A DNA stretch of 64,000 nt, taken from positions 203,732,001-203,796,000 of the forward strand of contig NC_042997.1 in assembly GCF_006345805.1 (NCBI RefSeq), given 5' to 3'. How positions within the stretch are numbered: the stretch's first letter is position 1; every line of letters begins with the position of its first letter. Position numbers and translations under genes: made by a program. Source of the DNA: Octopus sinensis (Eukaryota). Below, piece after piece: positions 52,290-64,000 of this stretch. The notes under the pieces were generated by a model. The model worked only from the letters and a program-made list of their open reading frames with translations, did not search any database and was not told the DNA's origin.

Positions 52290-52459
52290 TTATATAGAGG
52301 TAATGTGTCAGTAAGACCCAATGTGTCAGGTAATGCTGGGTAAGTGCTATGGACAGACTATAGTTAAGCTCCAGGTTCGGTGATTATGCGAATAAGGAGT
52401 CCAACGTAGGTTATATATCAGTATGTGTATATATAAAAACATTTTTTTTTCAGAATTAG

Positions 52460-52660
52460 ATAAAAGAACCAAAGCTGTGAAGATTTTAGAACATTTATAA
52501 ATATGTCTTACAGCTGTTCCCGGGATATTTATTATATCCCTTCATCGGAGACTGTGTGAGAAAATCGTTAAGCAATAGTTAATTAGATAATAGATGAAAT
52601 AGAGAGTGAAGTGGAGGAATGAAAATCGATGTGAGATATGCAGGGATACTGCATTTGTAG
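52460..52660 (-). mobile_element. PLE pLTR-like module with type I hammerhead motif
   Basis: Minus strand 52505-52552 reads GTCT-CCGATGA-A-GGGATAT-AATAA-ATATCCC-G-GGAAC-AGCT-GTA-AGAC. Confidence 0.65.
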
Positions 52661-53501
52661 ATCTTTTATTTAGGCAGAATGGTATACATATAAGATCCCT
52701 GTACCTTGTGAGTAAATTCCAATAGTATTTAAAAGTGATCATTCCAAGTATAGAATTTGTACACAGTGCTATTGAATCGAGGGTTTTATTTAATGTGACC
52801 TAAAAGTAGGGAATGTTTTTGTAAGGTCAAATCGAAAACAGGAAGAGATGAATAAAGAAAAGAGAAAAAAATTTAAAAGAAACAGGATGAGTGGAATAAA
52901 GAAAAGAAAGAAAAAAGGAAAAAAGAAAAACAATGAGAGAGATAGTAAAGAGATGAAGACAGGAAAAGTGTACCAGTTAGTGGTCAGTCAAGATAAATTG
53001 AAAGTAGGAACGGGGAGATGAGAGTGACAGAGAGAGAAAGATATTAGAGTGTAAAAAGATGATAGGGTAAAGACTAAAGTAGTGTCAGATAGAAGGAATG
53101 GGGTTGATAGAGAGAGTGAGAGAGAGAGAAAGAGAGAGAGAGAAAAGAGAGAGAGAGAGGGGGTATAATAGTATAAAAAGTAAAGGAGTGTCAGTTATGT
53201 AGTGATAGAATCTAAGTGGTGGGGCAGAGGGAAGGGTTATAATATATGGTGGAATGAAGAATTTAGGAATATAGATGAGGTTGGTTGGATAGGTCAGTGC
53301 TTAGTAATACAAGAATATATATATATGTATATATATATATATTTATATAGATATTTATACATATCAATATTTACATATACAACATGGATGTGCATGTGTA
53401 CATATACATTTGAGTGCGAGATTAAGATGAAAAGTATTGACACTTGTCAAGGGCGGAAACACATAAGATCATTTATGTAGATTGCGTGTTTATACACACA
53501 C

Positions 53502-53555
<54 letters not shown>

Positions 53556-53607
53556 CTATCTATCTATCTATCTATCTATCTATCCATCTATCTATTTATT
53601 TATTTGA

Positions 53608-53639
<32 letters not shown>

Positions 53640-53849
53640 TTTTATTTTTTATTTTTTATTTTCTTTCTTTTTTTTGTTCTTTTCTTCCCTTTTACGATCC
53701 CTCTTGATCGAAAACCTACGCCACCCCCTTTTTTTTGTTTCTTTTGTTTTTTGTTTTTTTCATCCCCCAAAAGAAAAGCTCTACCTTGTAACTTGTCCCA
53801 TCTGTGTGCAGCCCTGTGTGGCCAATAAAGAAACTTATCTATCTATTTA

Positions 53850-54059
53850 TGAGAGGATGCTGGAAAGTTCCTGGCTTTGGGTAAAAGAAAATAGAGGAAG
53901 ATTAATTAATTGTGATTTTATTCAACATATTCTCCTCTCAGATTCATACACGTATTGCAGCAGTCCTACAGTTCTTCTAAGCCCTGAAAACTCGAAAGGT
54001 TGGCCTTCAACCAGGCCTTTTGCGACACCCTTAAATCAGGAACTTTTCAGCACCCCTTG
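53850..54059. mobile_element. Mariner-type MITE, 210 bp
   Basis: TIRs TGAGAGGATGCTGGAAAGTTCCTG and CAGGAACTTTTCAGCACCCCTTG. TA duplication at 53848-53849 and 54060-54061. Confidence 0.8.
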
Positions 54060-54104
54060 TACCTGTCTGTCTGTCTGTTTTTCTGCCTGCCTGCCGCCTG
54101 TTTG

Positions 54105-54128
54105 TCTATCTATCTATCTATCTATCTA

Positions 54129-54202
<74 letters not shown>

Positions 54203-54299
54203 CGTCCGTCCGTCCGTCCGTCCGTCCGTCCGTCCGTCCGTCCGTCCATCCATCCATCCATCCATCCATCCATCCATCCATCCATCCATCCATCCATCC

Positions 54300-54370
<71 letters not shown>
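54105..54370. repeat. Compound tetranucleotide microsatellite
   Basis: (TATC)n-(TGTC)n-(CGTC)n-(CATC)n-(TATC)n. Confidence 0.95.
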
Positions 54371-54371
<1 letters not shown>

Positions 54372-55560
54372 GGTGGGAAAAGCTTTTGTTTTATTAAATT
54401 CATGTCTACATATAAGTTTAATTATTTTAAAATTTTCGATCTCTCTTGTTTCCTTCCTTTTTTTTTAACAGTAGGTTTCGAACAATAGAATTCCTAAATC
54501 TATGCTGGAGTTTTCAAATCTTCACAGTCTTATTTTAAAGAGCTGAATATATTTGGCGGCTGTATTATTTATTACGTACTGGTTGAATTCGTCAATCTGT
54601 TGAGAAAGTCTACATGGATTCAATTAATAAGTAAGAAACAACACAGATGCCAAGAATATTTAATTCTTGAAAATGAGACTGTGAATATCTGGAAACATCG
54701 AGTATGGATACAAGAACTCTATTGTTCCAAATAACTATAAAAAAAACTAGTAAGAAAATAACAAAAACCTAAAATGAAGATATAAAACTTGAACATTATC
54801 GTATATTTAATGAAACACGTACACATATATATTTGAGAGGACGACGCAGGCACGAGGTCCCGTGTTCGACCCCACTGTATAGCATGTTTAGTATGTGCTT
54901 TTACCGAAGGTCGACTCAACCTTTGTGAGTAAATGTGGGGTGCACGTAAACTGAGCAGAAACTTTTTAGATGGATTTTACCTCTTATTGAAAAGTTCGGA
55001 CATGTCCCTCTGATTTTACTTAGGAATTACGTTAAGTATGGTTTTAATCTGTATCCTTTGTGGGAATCTGGTTCGAGAATTTCAGGATTTTTAGGGGTGT
55101 GGAATCACCTTTTAGCCACAATTGTTCTCAGGATTACTCTGACCCGGAGTGGTGGCACCTTTCAGGGTCAATTAGCATGTAATGACATCCCATTGGGGCT
55201 CAGGAATGCAGAAATACCCATGGTTTGTCAGAATGTGGAGTAGAGCCACTGGGAGTAAGGGACCCCTAGCTGCTGTCACAGAGCCCTTTTAGGAGAGGGA
55301 CACACTGATGTAAAACCTGAGGTTTCACATGATTTCTAGGTATTAATCATGAAGGTTCAGAGAGTAGAACTCCTGTTGTGCGAGCATTTATCACAATAAA
55401 GCAATGACTTACAGATGTCTCTTTATGGTTACTTCATATGCAATTCGATCTACTTAAAATTCTATGCCCATCGAAGAGTGGCAACATGTGCAGACCTAGC
55501 CAGTTGGTAAGTTACAATTTTTGCTTCTCAACTATGCTTCAAACCATATATATAATATAT

Positions 55561-55656
<96 letters not shown>

Positions 55657-55664
55657 ATATATAT

Positions 55665-58600
55665 TTAAAAAAAGGAGATGTCGAACACGAGTGGTGATAT
55701 ATAAAAAAGGAAATGAAGAAAATGCTGACAAATAATTGAAGTAATTTAAGTAATTTAATTAGGTGAAAGTTCTTTTTACCGTTGCGCATTTGTTATGCTT
55801 ATCAAAATATAAAAGAAGATTAGAGTCTGTCTCTTATATGTGAAAAAAAGAGGCTCCAGAGTTGTTTTGGATTTGCTTGGTTTCGCGCCTAAAATTTTGA
55901 TTGGTCATTATGAAGGGGTCACGTGAATGTTTGAATGGAAGTGGTGTTTGGTAAGAAAAAAGGCTCCAGAGAAGTTAAAATTTGGCTAGTGTCCCGCCTA
56001 AAATTTCTTATTGGCCATAATAAAGAGGTCACGTGAATGTTTAGAATTTTCGAAAATAGTGTTGTTGAAAATTCTTATTGTTCAGGCTGGTCAGTAGACG
56101 TCATGTGGATATTTTAAATAGCTTTTTAGCGCGTAGTTAGGGAGTGTATTTTTCGCTTGACTGGATAAGTAAGTTCGTTTAGAACAGGGAGAGCTGTATG
56201 TATGTATGTGTGTGCGCGCGCGCGCGCGTGTGTGTTATATGTATGTTGGGGCGCGCGCGCGTGTATATATGTGTATGTGTGTGGGTACAATTTTCAATAT
56301 TTATAGTTCTGCTAGCCTTGTGCCTGTATCGGGAAGCAACGTATTTGTGTGAAGTCAATATTTACAGCCATTTCCAAAAAATAGTGTTGGATTTTTTGCA
56401 CCCGTATTCAATTATGTGTATGTGTGGAACCATATATTTGTGTGTGTCATGGTGTTAATATCTGGGTAAAGGTGTGTGTAGGGTGTGTGCAGGTGTAAGT
56501 GTGTTTGTTGTGGGTTCGTGTTAGGGGCATGTGTTTAGAAGTGGTCTGTATTTATTAATAAGGTGGGATTCCATGGTTATTGGCGCTGGGTATGAGTGGC
56601 ATTGTCTTTAAATTTGTAGAGGGGAAAGATTCTAAAATTGGGATGGAGTTGTGCGGCACAGGTATCAATATGTGCACTAAATGCTATTTTTCTATATTCC
56701 TGTATTTTTATTTGGGATCTGTGGACAGTCATGCGTTGGCGGAGGCTATTTTTTGTTTGGCCTATGTAGTGTTCATTACAGCCCGAGCAAGTTAAGACAT
56801 ATACTAGGTTTTCTGATGCGCATGTGAAGTTGTGTTTTACTGTGAAACGTTGTCCTTGTTTAAAAAGGAATTCCGGACCTTCTATTAGGTTGATGCATAT
56901 ACCACAGTTGGGTCTATTGCATTTGTTTACTGTGGGTTTAGTTGTTGTGGTTGGCAGTACTTTGGCATTTGTTAGGATGGTTTTCAATGATTTGGGTTGC
57001 CTTTTGCTCTTTATGATTTCGTGTGTTAGGAGGATTTGGTTCATTCTATGGTCCTTTTGTAATACAGGAATGTTCTGGAGGATGGTGGTCAAAAGCTTCA
57101 TTGTTGAGGGGGTTGTGTGTAGAGATGTATGGTAGAGTATGGGGTTTCGATGTAACAGGTTTAGGGCGTCTAAGTTCCTGCGTGCTGAGTTTTAGGGCGC
57201 GTTGGATCCCATTGTCAATTAGTGACGTGGGGTAATCCCTGCTTGTTAATGTGCCCTTGAGTTCTTGTAGACGTAAGAGACGGGTGTTTTTATTGGAGAC
57301 TATAGTGCAAATTCTCTTGGCTAAGTTGTAGGGAATGTTAATTTTAACGTGTCTAGGGTGGCATGAATTGAAAGGGAGGTATTGCTTGGAGTCTGTGGGC
57401 TTGTAGTATATGTCTGTTTCTATTTTTTTGTTGTGAATTTTAGTGAGGATGTCGAGGAAGGGAATTTGTTGAGGGCTGTATTCCATTGTGAAAATAATGT
57501 TGTGTTGAGCCCATTTATAAGAGTGTGAAATTCGTTAAGCTTCTCGACGGTTTCGGGCCAAAGGATGAAGCAGTCATCAAGATATCTCTTCCAGTTCTTC
57601 TCTATGTGTGTGTGGAGAGTGGTGCCAAATTGGTTAAGAACGTTATTATAGAGGGTGATTTCCAGGTATCCCATGACTAAGTTGGCGTAAGTGGGAGCTG
57701 TTTTCGTTCCCATTGCCGTCCCTGATTTCTGTCTGGTGAATTTGTTGTTGAAGGTGAAGAAATTATTCTCTAAGATGAATTTGAGTCCTTCTAAAATAAA
57801 TTCCTTTTTGATGCGGTGTGGGAGTTCGTTGGAGTAATTATCCAGCCAGAATTGGATAGCTTCTATTCTAGGTTGTGGGGGATGTTGGAGTAAAGATTGA
57901 CTACATCGACTGTTACTAGCAGGGTTTGTTCAGCAAGAAGTGTATTGGGGAGGTGGTTGAGCATATCTAGATCGTCCCTTATGTAGCTTTTAATGTGTTT
58001 GAGGAACGGCTTGAGAAGGGTATCAATGAAGTTGCTAATGCGGTGGGTTCCAAGCGGGACCTGCTATTATAGGTCTCAATTTGAGGTCCATTGGTGAGGG
58101 GACATTGATTACAGAGTTTGTGGCTTCCTTGCATGCCTTACTTATTAATTCGCTTTTATGAATTTGGGAATACCGTAGAAGAGGCTGGTTTTACTAGTGA
58201 AATTTGTGATGAAGTTGAATTCTTTGTTAGTGAGTTCTTCTTTGTGGGGGTTGATCAGGTTTTTAGTTTCTCATAATTTTCTGTTGATTGTAGTGTTCAG
58301 CCTTTTCGTAATATGTTCCATTTTCCAAGGTGGAGAGTGCTAAGTTGATATAGTATTCTGTCTCCATTAAGACTACTGCACTTCCTTTATCGGCCTCTTT
58401 AATGGTGATAGATCTTTCATTTTTTAATTTGTTTAATTCTTCCCACTCTTTTTGTGTGAGGTTTGGTTGGGTTTTGGTTTGTGTAAGTGTTGGTAGGGGA
58501 AGTTGTAATGTGCTCACAGAATTCGTCTAGGATTTTATTTCTACCTTTTCGTGGGGTGTAGTTGCTTTTATTTCTAGCTAGTGACTCATCCTCATTGTGC

Positions 58601-58680
58601 TGGTCGAATAGTTCCTCACTAAGTCGCAATTTTCTACAAAATTCTGTAATGTCTTCCTTCATTTCGTAGTAGTTATTTTA
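55665..58680 (-). mobile_element. Neptune-type Penelope-like element, 5'-truncated (RT + GIY-YIG + pLTR)
   Basis: ITIKEADKGSAVV, MGTKTAPTYANL, WKRYLDDCF, IPFLD, DIYYKPTD, CNRPNCGIC linker, NLVYVLTCSGCNEHYIGQT. Hammerhead remnant TTGATAA-GCAT..ATGC-GCAACGGTA at 55773-55808, in sense with the RT. (TA)n on both flanks. Confidence 0.9.
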
Positions 58681-58685
58681 ATAAG

Positions 58686-58738
<53 letters not shown>

Positions 58739-58777
58739 ATATATAAGATATATATATTATATATATATAATATAATA

Positions 58778-58820
<43 letters not shown>

Positions 58821-58990
58821 TATAATATTACGGAGATGTACTCGCATAGCAAGTAATTTGATCTGAGATCGTGTGCTGAAGCGAAAACAATTGCAGCGTG
58901 GAAGGTGTTTATAAGCCATTTAAGAAACACACAAAAGCCGTTCGATTCACTTCACCATTTATATATATATATATATATATTCACTTCACC

Positions 58991-59024
<34 letters not shown>

Positions 59025-59026
<2 letters not shown>

Positions 59027-59190
59027 GGAGGCGGAACGGCCCAGTGGTTAGGGCAGCGGACTCGCGGTCGTAGGATCGCGGTTTCGATTCCCAGACCGGG
59101 TGTTGTGAGTGTTTATTGAGCGAAAACACCTATAGCTCCACGAGGCTCCGGCAGGAGGATGGTGGCGATCCCTGCTGATCTCTTTCGTTA
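59025..59190 (+). mobile_element. SINE family C, 3'-truncated
   Basis: Same head as 31657. Confidence 0.8.
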
Positions 59191-59637
59191 AGTCATAACA
59201 AGGTGAGGTGGTGAACGCTGGAAGAACAAACTTTGACAGGAGAAAAGTTAGGAGAGGAAACAGACAAGAAAGCGTCTGATCTGTGTAGCAGATCGAAAGG
59301 AAAGAAAGAAGCTCTAGCAAGGAAAAGAAAGATGGCTGATGGTCACGTGTGAGCAACGAGAGAGCAAAGGAGAAAGAGAGAGAAAGAGAGAGGGACAGAT
59401 AGAAAACGGTGAAGGGGAGAGGAAAAGAATTAGAGAAAATTTGAGAGAGAAAAAATGAAAGGGGGAGAAGGGGAGATAAAAAGAATTAGCGAAAGGAAGA
59501 GAGAGGAAACGAAGGGGAGAGGGAAAGAGAAAGAAAACAGTAAGATAGAGTCGCATCGGAATTATTAGGATAAACTTACTTGGAAATGGATGTGTGGCGT
59601 TCAATCATATAATAATGTAAATAATATATATATATAT

Positions 59638-60887
59638 ATAAATTAAATTAGAGATAAAACCACTATTAGGCAACTCAAACAGTGATAGACATAAACCAAA
59701 ACATTAAAAACAAAAAAATAAATATAATTAATATAATATACAATATATATATAAAATTCTTAAAATTTGAAATTTATAAAATTATATTTATAAATTTTTA
59801 TATTTTTATATCTTTAAATTTTAAACTTTTTTATAACTAACCAAAAGCATAAAAGAGTTAAATATAATATAATAAGTAAAAACACTACGTACGTTTCATG
59901 GCTATAATCAATTCGAATTACAATTAAGTTTAAATTCAATTAAAAATTCGAATTAAAATTATAGTTAATGATAATAGTTAAATAAATAAGCAAATAGAGT
60001 TAAACAATATTTTTTAAGAAATAAATGAAATAATAATTTTTCTTATAAAAAACTCTATTATCAAATTAGAAACTTAAAACAACCCATTTATTATGTTAAA
60101 TATTAATTTTTAAGGTAAAAAAATGGATAGAAAAATGTATTTATCTATTAAGATATAATATGACTTTAAAAAACATAATAGACTTACGAATATCCTTAAC
60201 TCAGTTATAGTCAATATCTAAATTATTTAACAAAATAATCACTATGCATATTTTTAAATTTAAGTTCACATCTAATAATTATAAAATATTTAAGAATAAT
60301 AACTAAATTATTATCAATAAATATAATAATTAAGAACTAAAATTTACTCTATCAATAAATAGACATATAATGAAAAAAGTTCGTGGAAGAACTCTGGAAA
60401 GCTAAGTAAACCATTTCTATTTAAGATTTTAAAGTATTTTAATAAGTCTTATTGTATTATATTGTATACTATATAACTACTGATTGTTATTATAATTATT
60501 TAGTTGTTGAAGATATGTATATAATTATTAGATTATAACTGTACGCTATTTGTAAGATATTACTTAGCCAAAGAGATATATAAGATCGTAAATAGTTATA
60601 CGGTTTTTTGAAGTTAGGTTACTAGTTTATAATTTGATTTTAATGTTTAATTTTTTTAATGTATCTCATACTCTTACTCTTTACTCTTTTACTTGTTTCA
60701 GTCATTTGACTGCGGCCATGCTGGAGCACCGCCTTTAGTCGAGCAACTCGACCCCGGGACTTATTCTTTTTGTAAGCCCAGTACTTATTCTATCGGTCTC
60801 TTTTTGCCGAACCGCCAAGTGACGGGGACGTAAACACACCAGCATCGGTTGTCAAGCAATGCTAGGGGAACAAACACAGACACATAA

Positions 60888-60920
<33 letters not shown>

Positions 60921-62682
60921 CATATATACGACAGGCTTCTTTCAGTTTCCGTCTACCAAATCCACTCACAAGGCATTGGTCGGCCCGAGGCTATAGCAGA
61001 AGACACTTGCCCAAGATGCCACGCAGTGGGACTGAACCCGGAACCATGTGGTTGGTTAGCAAGCTACTTACCACACAGCCACTCCTGCGCCTCATAAATA
61101 TATTATATTAATAGTTAATATTTATATAAGTAGTATTGGATTAATTAATTAATTTATTTTTCATTATATATCTATATATTTATTGATAGCGTAAATTTTA
61201 GATTTTAATTACTATACTATACTATATTGTTAATAATAATTAGTTATTATTTTTTTAAATATTATATAATTATTAGATGTGAACTTAAATCTAAAAATAT
61301 GAATAATGATTATTTAGTTAAATAATTTGGTAATTATATTTTGGATTATAACTGAGTTAAGGATATTCGTGAGTTTATTATGTTTTTTAAGCAATATTAT
61401 ATCTCCATAGATATCTCTAATAATGACTTTGTTCTCTTTATCTATTATAGCTAAAATATAGCCATTTTCCATTGATAATATTTATTCGTACTTTTCATTG
61501 ATAAAATATATTCGTAGTTTTCATTGTTAAAAGAATTTTCCATTTGTTTATTATAATTTTAGTTAATGACACGATTTTTGAAAGCTAAATAAACCTTTTC
61601 TATTAAAGTTATTTTAATAAGTTATGTTATATTGTATTGTATTTATACTATATAACTACTGATTGATTATGTAGTTGTTGAAGATATGTATTTCATTATT
61701 AGATTATAACTGTACGTTATTTGTAAGTTAGCCAACGAGATATATAGATCGTTAAATAGTTATACGGTTCTTTTAAGATAGGTTACTAGTTTATAATTTG
61801 CTTTTTCATATTTAATTTTTTGATATGTTTCATAAATATATTATATTAATATTTAATATTTACGTAAGTAATAATGGACTAATTAATTTATTTATTTTTC
61901 ATTATATGTCTATATATTTATTGATAGAGTAAATTTTAGTTCTTAATTATTATATTTATTGATAATAATTTAGTTATTATTCTTAAATATTTTATAATTA
62001 TTAGATGTGAACTTAAATTTAAAAATATGCATAGTGATTATTTTGTTAAATAATTTAGATATTGACTATAACTGAGTTAAGGATATTCGTAAGTCTATTA
62101 TGTTTTTTAAAGTCATATTATATCTTGATAGATAAATACATTTTTCTATCCATTTTTTACCTTAAAAATTAATATTTAACATAATAAATGGGTTGTATGA
62201 CATAATCCTAATGTTTTAAGTTTCTAATTTGATAATAGAGTTTTTATAAGAAAAATTATTATTTTATTTATTTCTTAAAAATATTGTTTAACTCTATTTG
62301 CTTATTTATTTAACTATTATCATTAACTATAATTTTAATTCGAATTTTTAATTGAATTTAAACTTAATTGTAATTCGAATTGAATTATAGCCATGAAACG
62401 TACGTAGTGTTTTTACTTATTATATTATATTTAACTCTTTTATACTTTTTGGTTAGTTATAAAAAAAAGTTTAAAAATTTAAAAATTTAAAGATATAAAA
62501 ATATAAAAATTTATAAATATAATTTTATAATTTCAAATTTTAATAATTTAAAATTTAAAATTTTATATTTTATATATATATTGTATATTTTATTAATCAT
62601 ATTTATTTTTTGTTTTTATGCTTTGGCTTACGTCTATCACTGAGTTGCCTAATAGTGGTTTTATCTCTAATTTAATTTATAT
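59638..62682. repeat. Extremely AT-rich 3-kb foldback: inverted arms plus an older internal direct duplication
   Basis: 59638-60378 is the reverse complement of 61895-62682. 60435-61420 (with a SINE inserted) directly repeats 61612-62130. Confidence 0.9.
60670..61092 (-). mobile_element. tRNA-derived SINE, family A, inserted in the AT-rich element
   Basis: Similar to 565-950. Absent from the parallel copy at about 61835, and a short CTCATA repeat flanks it. Confidence 0.9.
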
Positions 62683-62755
62683 TTATACTGTGAATTTTGA
62701 TTTAATCCTAAATCTAATTTTTCCCTGTAAGTTTGGATATACTCCCTAATATTAT

Positions 62756-62793
<38 letters not shown>

Positions 62794-62829
62794 ATAATAT
62801 TAGGGTGTATATCCAAACTTACAGGGACA

Positions 62830-63045
62830 AAATGTGCCCGCGTGTGTACCGTTGGCGATTTTTTTCCCTCTGTCTTCCCTTCTCGGGATCTTTCCTTCTC
62901 CTATGTTTCCGACGAAGAGCTCCGCTCGAAACGTTAAACCCTCCTTCTTCCCTTCCTTCCTGAGCGTCCAATAATACTATATTTGCTCCACGTCCTCGCG
63001 TTGTTGTGTTTTCTCTTTGTGTTTTCATGTTTGTATTAACTATAT
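62830..63045 (+). mobile_element. PLE pLTR-like module with minimal hammerhead
   Basis: GTTT-CCGACGA-A-GAGC-TCC-GCTC-GAAACGTT-AAAC at 62905-62939. Confidence 0.7.
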
Positions 63046-63159
63046 ATATATATATATATACCGGAGTAAACACATAAATGTGAAACAAGGTGGAAAAAAG
63101 AGTACTCAAATACCAGTGGTAGAGTAATATGCTTTATTTAAAGCAGCAGAAAATTCAAC

Positions 63160-63207
63160 AAAATCTGTTACTCTGAGTTTCTCGTTGCCGTTCATCAGAC
63201 AGTTTTT
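63160..63207 (-). ncRNA. Mirror-image type I hammerhead ribozyme motif
   Basis: Exact reverse complement of 63214-63261 within the 63132-63289 palindrome. Confidence 0.7.
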
Positions 63208-63213
63208 GCTAGC

Positions 63214-63261
63214 AAAAACTGTCTGATGAACGGCAACGAGAAACTCAGAGTAACAGATTTT
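63214..63261 (+). ncRNA. Type I minimal hammerhead ribozyme motif
   Basis: Stem I AAAA(A)CTGT/ACAG(A)TTTT; core CTGATGA at 63223-63229; stem II A-CG-GCAA-CG-A; GAAA at 63240-63243; stem III AC-TCAGA-GT; GUA cleavage triplet at 63250-63252. Confidence 0.7.
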
Positions 63262-63316
63262 GTTGAATTTTCTGCTGGTTTAAATAAAGTATATATATAT
63301 ATATATATATATATAG

Positions 63317-63366
<50 letters not shown>

Positions 63367-63749
63367 AATATCTTATAAGCAAGGGCTAAAGAAGGTTATT
63401 CTAAAGCCAATATACTGATAATCCACGTTTAATCTACTTGCTACAGAAAGTTGAACTGAAATTCGGGCAACTAAACCTTTGGAACCCTTAAATTTCGTTA
63501 TCTCAATATTGAATCAATTTCGGAATCAACCACATATATATGTATGTACATATGCACATATAGATACAGGGCGTCATAAAGCGTAAACAACAGGATATAT
63601 GAAATACAGAGTAAAAGTCAACATGTCCACTGACATGAAAACCGATAGGTCAAATATTTTGACAACAAGCGATGCGTGACATCGGTGTATGAGATTAACG
63701 GTCAAAAACTTGTAGCAGGAAAGTCTTCATCCAGTCTATAAGAAACAAC

Positions 63750-63960
63750 ACAAATGCTAAGTATATTCATTTCTTGAAAATGAAACTGTAAAAGTTTGTA
63801 AACGTCGAATATGAGTTCGATGAAGAGCGATTGAATCAACGTTTTCACGAAAACCCACGTCAAATGGCCAGAGAATTGGCGGAACAGACAGATTGTGATA
63901 AAAAAAAAACTGTGGTGAAGCACCTTCCTTCAGTGGGCAAGGTTCATCGAACTCAGTTGG
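63750..63960 (+). pseudogene. Mariner transposase N-terminal (HTH) fragment
   Basis: VEYEFDEERLNQRFHENPRQMARELAEQTDC..TVVKHLPSVGKV resembles the mariner pattern FDEERL..NPRQTTRELA..HL..MGKV. Confidence 0.7.
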
Positions 63961-64000
63961 CCAACCGGTCTGTGATCTGTCCTTGAGATCAAAATTCCTA

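Noticed and set aside
55415-55506. 92-bp AG..GTAAGT exon candidate, open in phase 1 and containing CPSKSGNMC
   Set aside because: The acceptor lacks a polypyrimidine tract and the peptide does not continue the stabilin ECPGG pattern.
59638-62682. Possible mitochondrial insertion (NUMT) because of extreme AT content
   Set aside because: No recognisable mitochondrial rRNA, tRNA or protein motifs. The internal repeat structure fits a TE better.

Overview
This is AT-rich, microsatellite-dense animal genomic DNA. The SINE families resemble those I recall from Octopus, so an octopod cephalopod is the likely source (inference, not searched). One host coding exon is convincing: 28999-29332 (+), encoding a signal peptide plus the N-terminal cysteine-rich region of a stabilin-like receptor and ending at a phase-1 GT donor. 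The rest is intron or intergenic DNA filled with transposons. These include at least four tRNA-type/RTE-type SINE families, eight minus-strand fragments of R4/Dong-like RLE LINEs (most bounded by trinucleotide microsatellites), a near full-length CR1-clade LINE, Neptune- and Naiad-type Penelope-like elements (PLEs), an L1/Tx1 3' end, an internally deleted Gypsy, a Merlin transposase pseudogene, Helitron/HINE elements and mariner remnants. Two kinds of structure stand out. First, there are many minimal hammerhead-ribozyme motifs in short pLTR-like modules, including a 158-bp near-perfect palindrome carrying a complete type I hammerhead fold on each strand (63132-63289). Second, there are inverted repeats at every scale, from about 100-bp hairpins to 2.6-kb and 3-kb foldbacks. 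Nearly all other ORFs in the track are microsatellite or antisense-TE artefacts. Repeat boundaries are approximate (read by eye), and no database searches were run.
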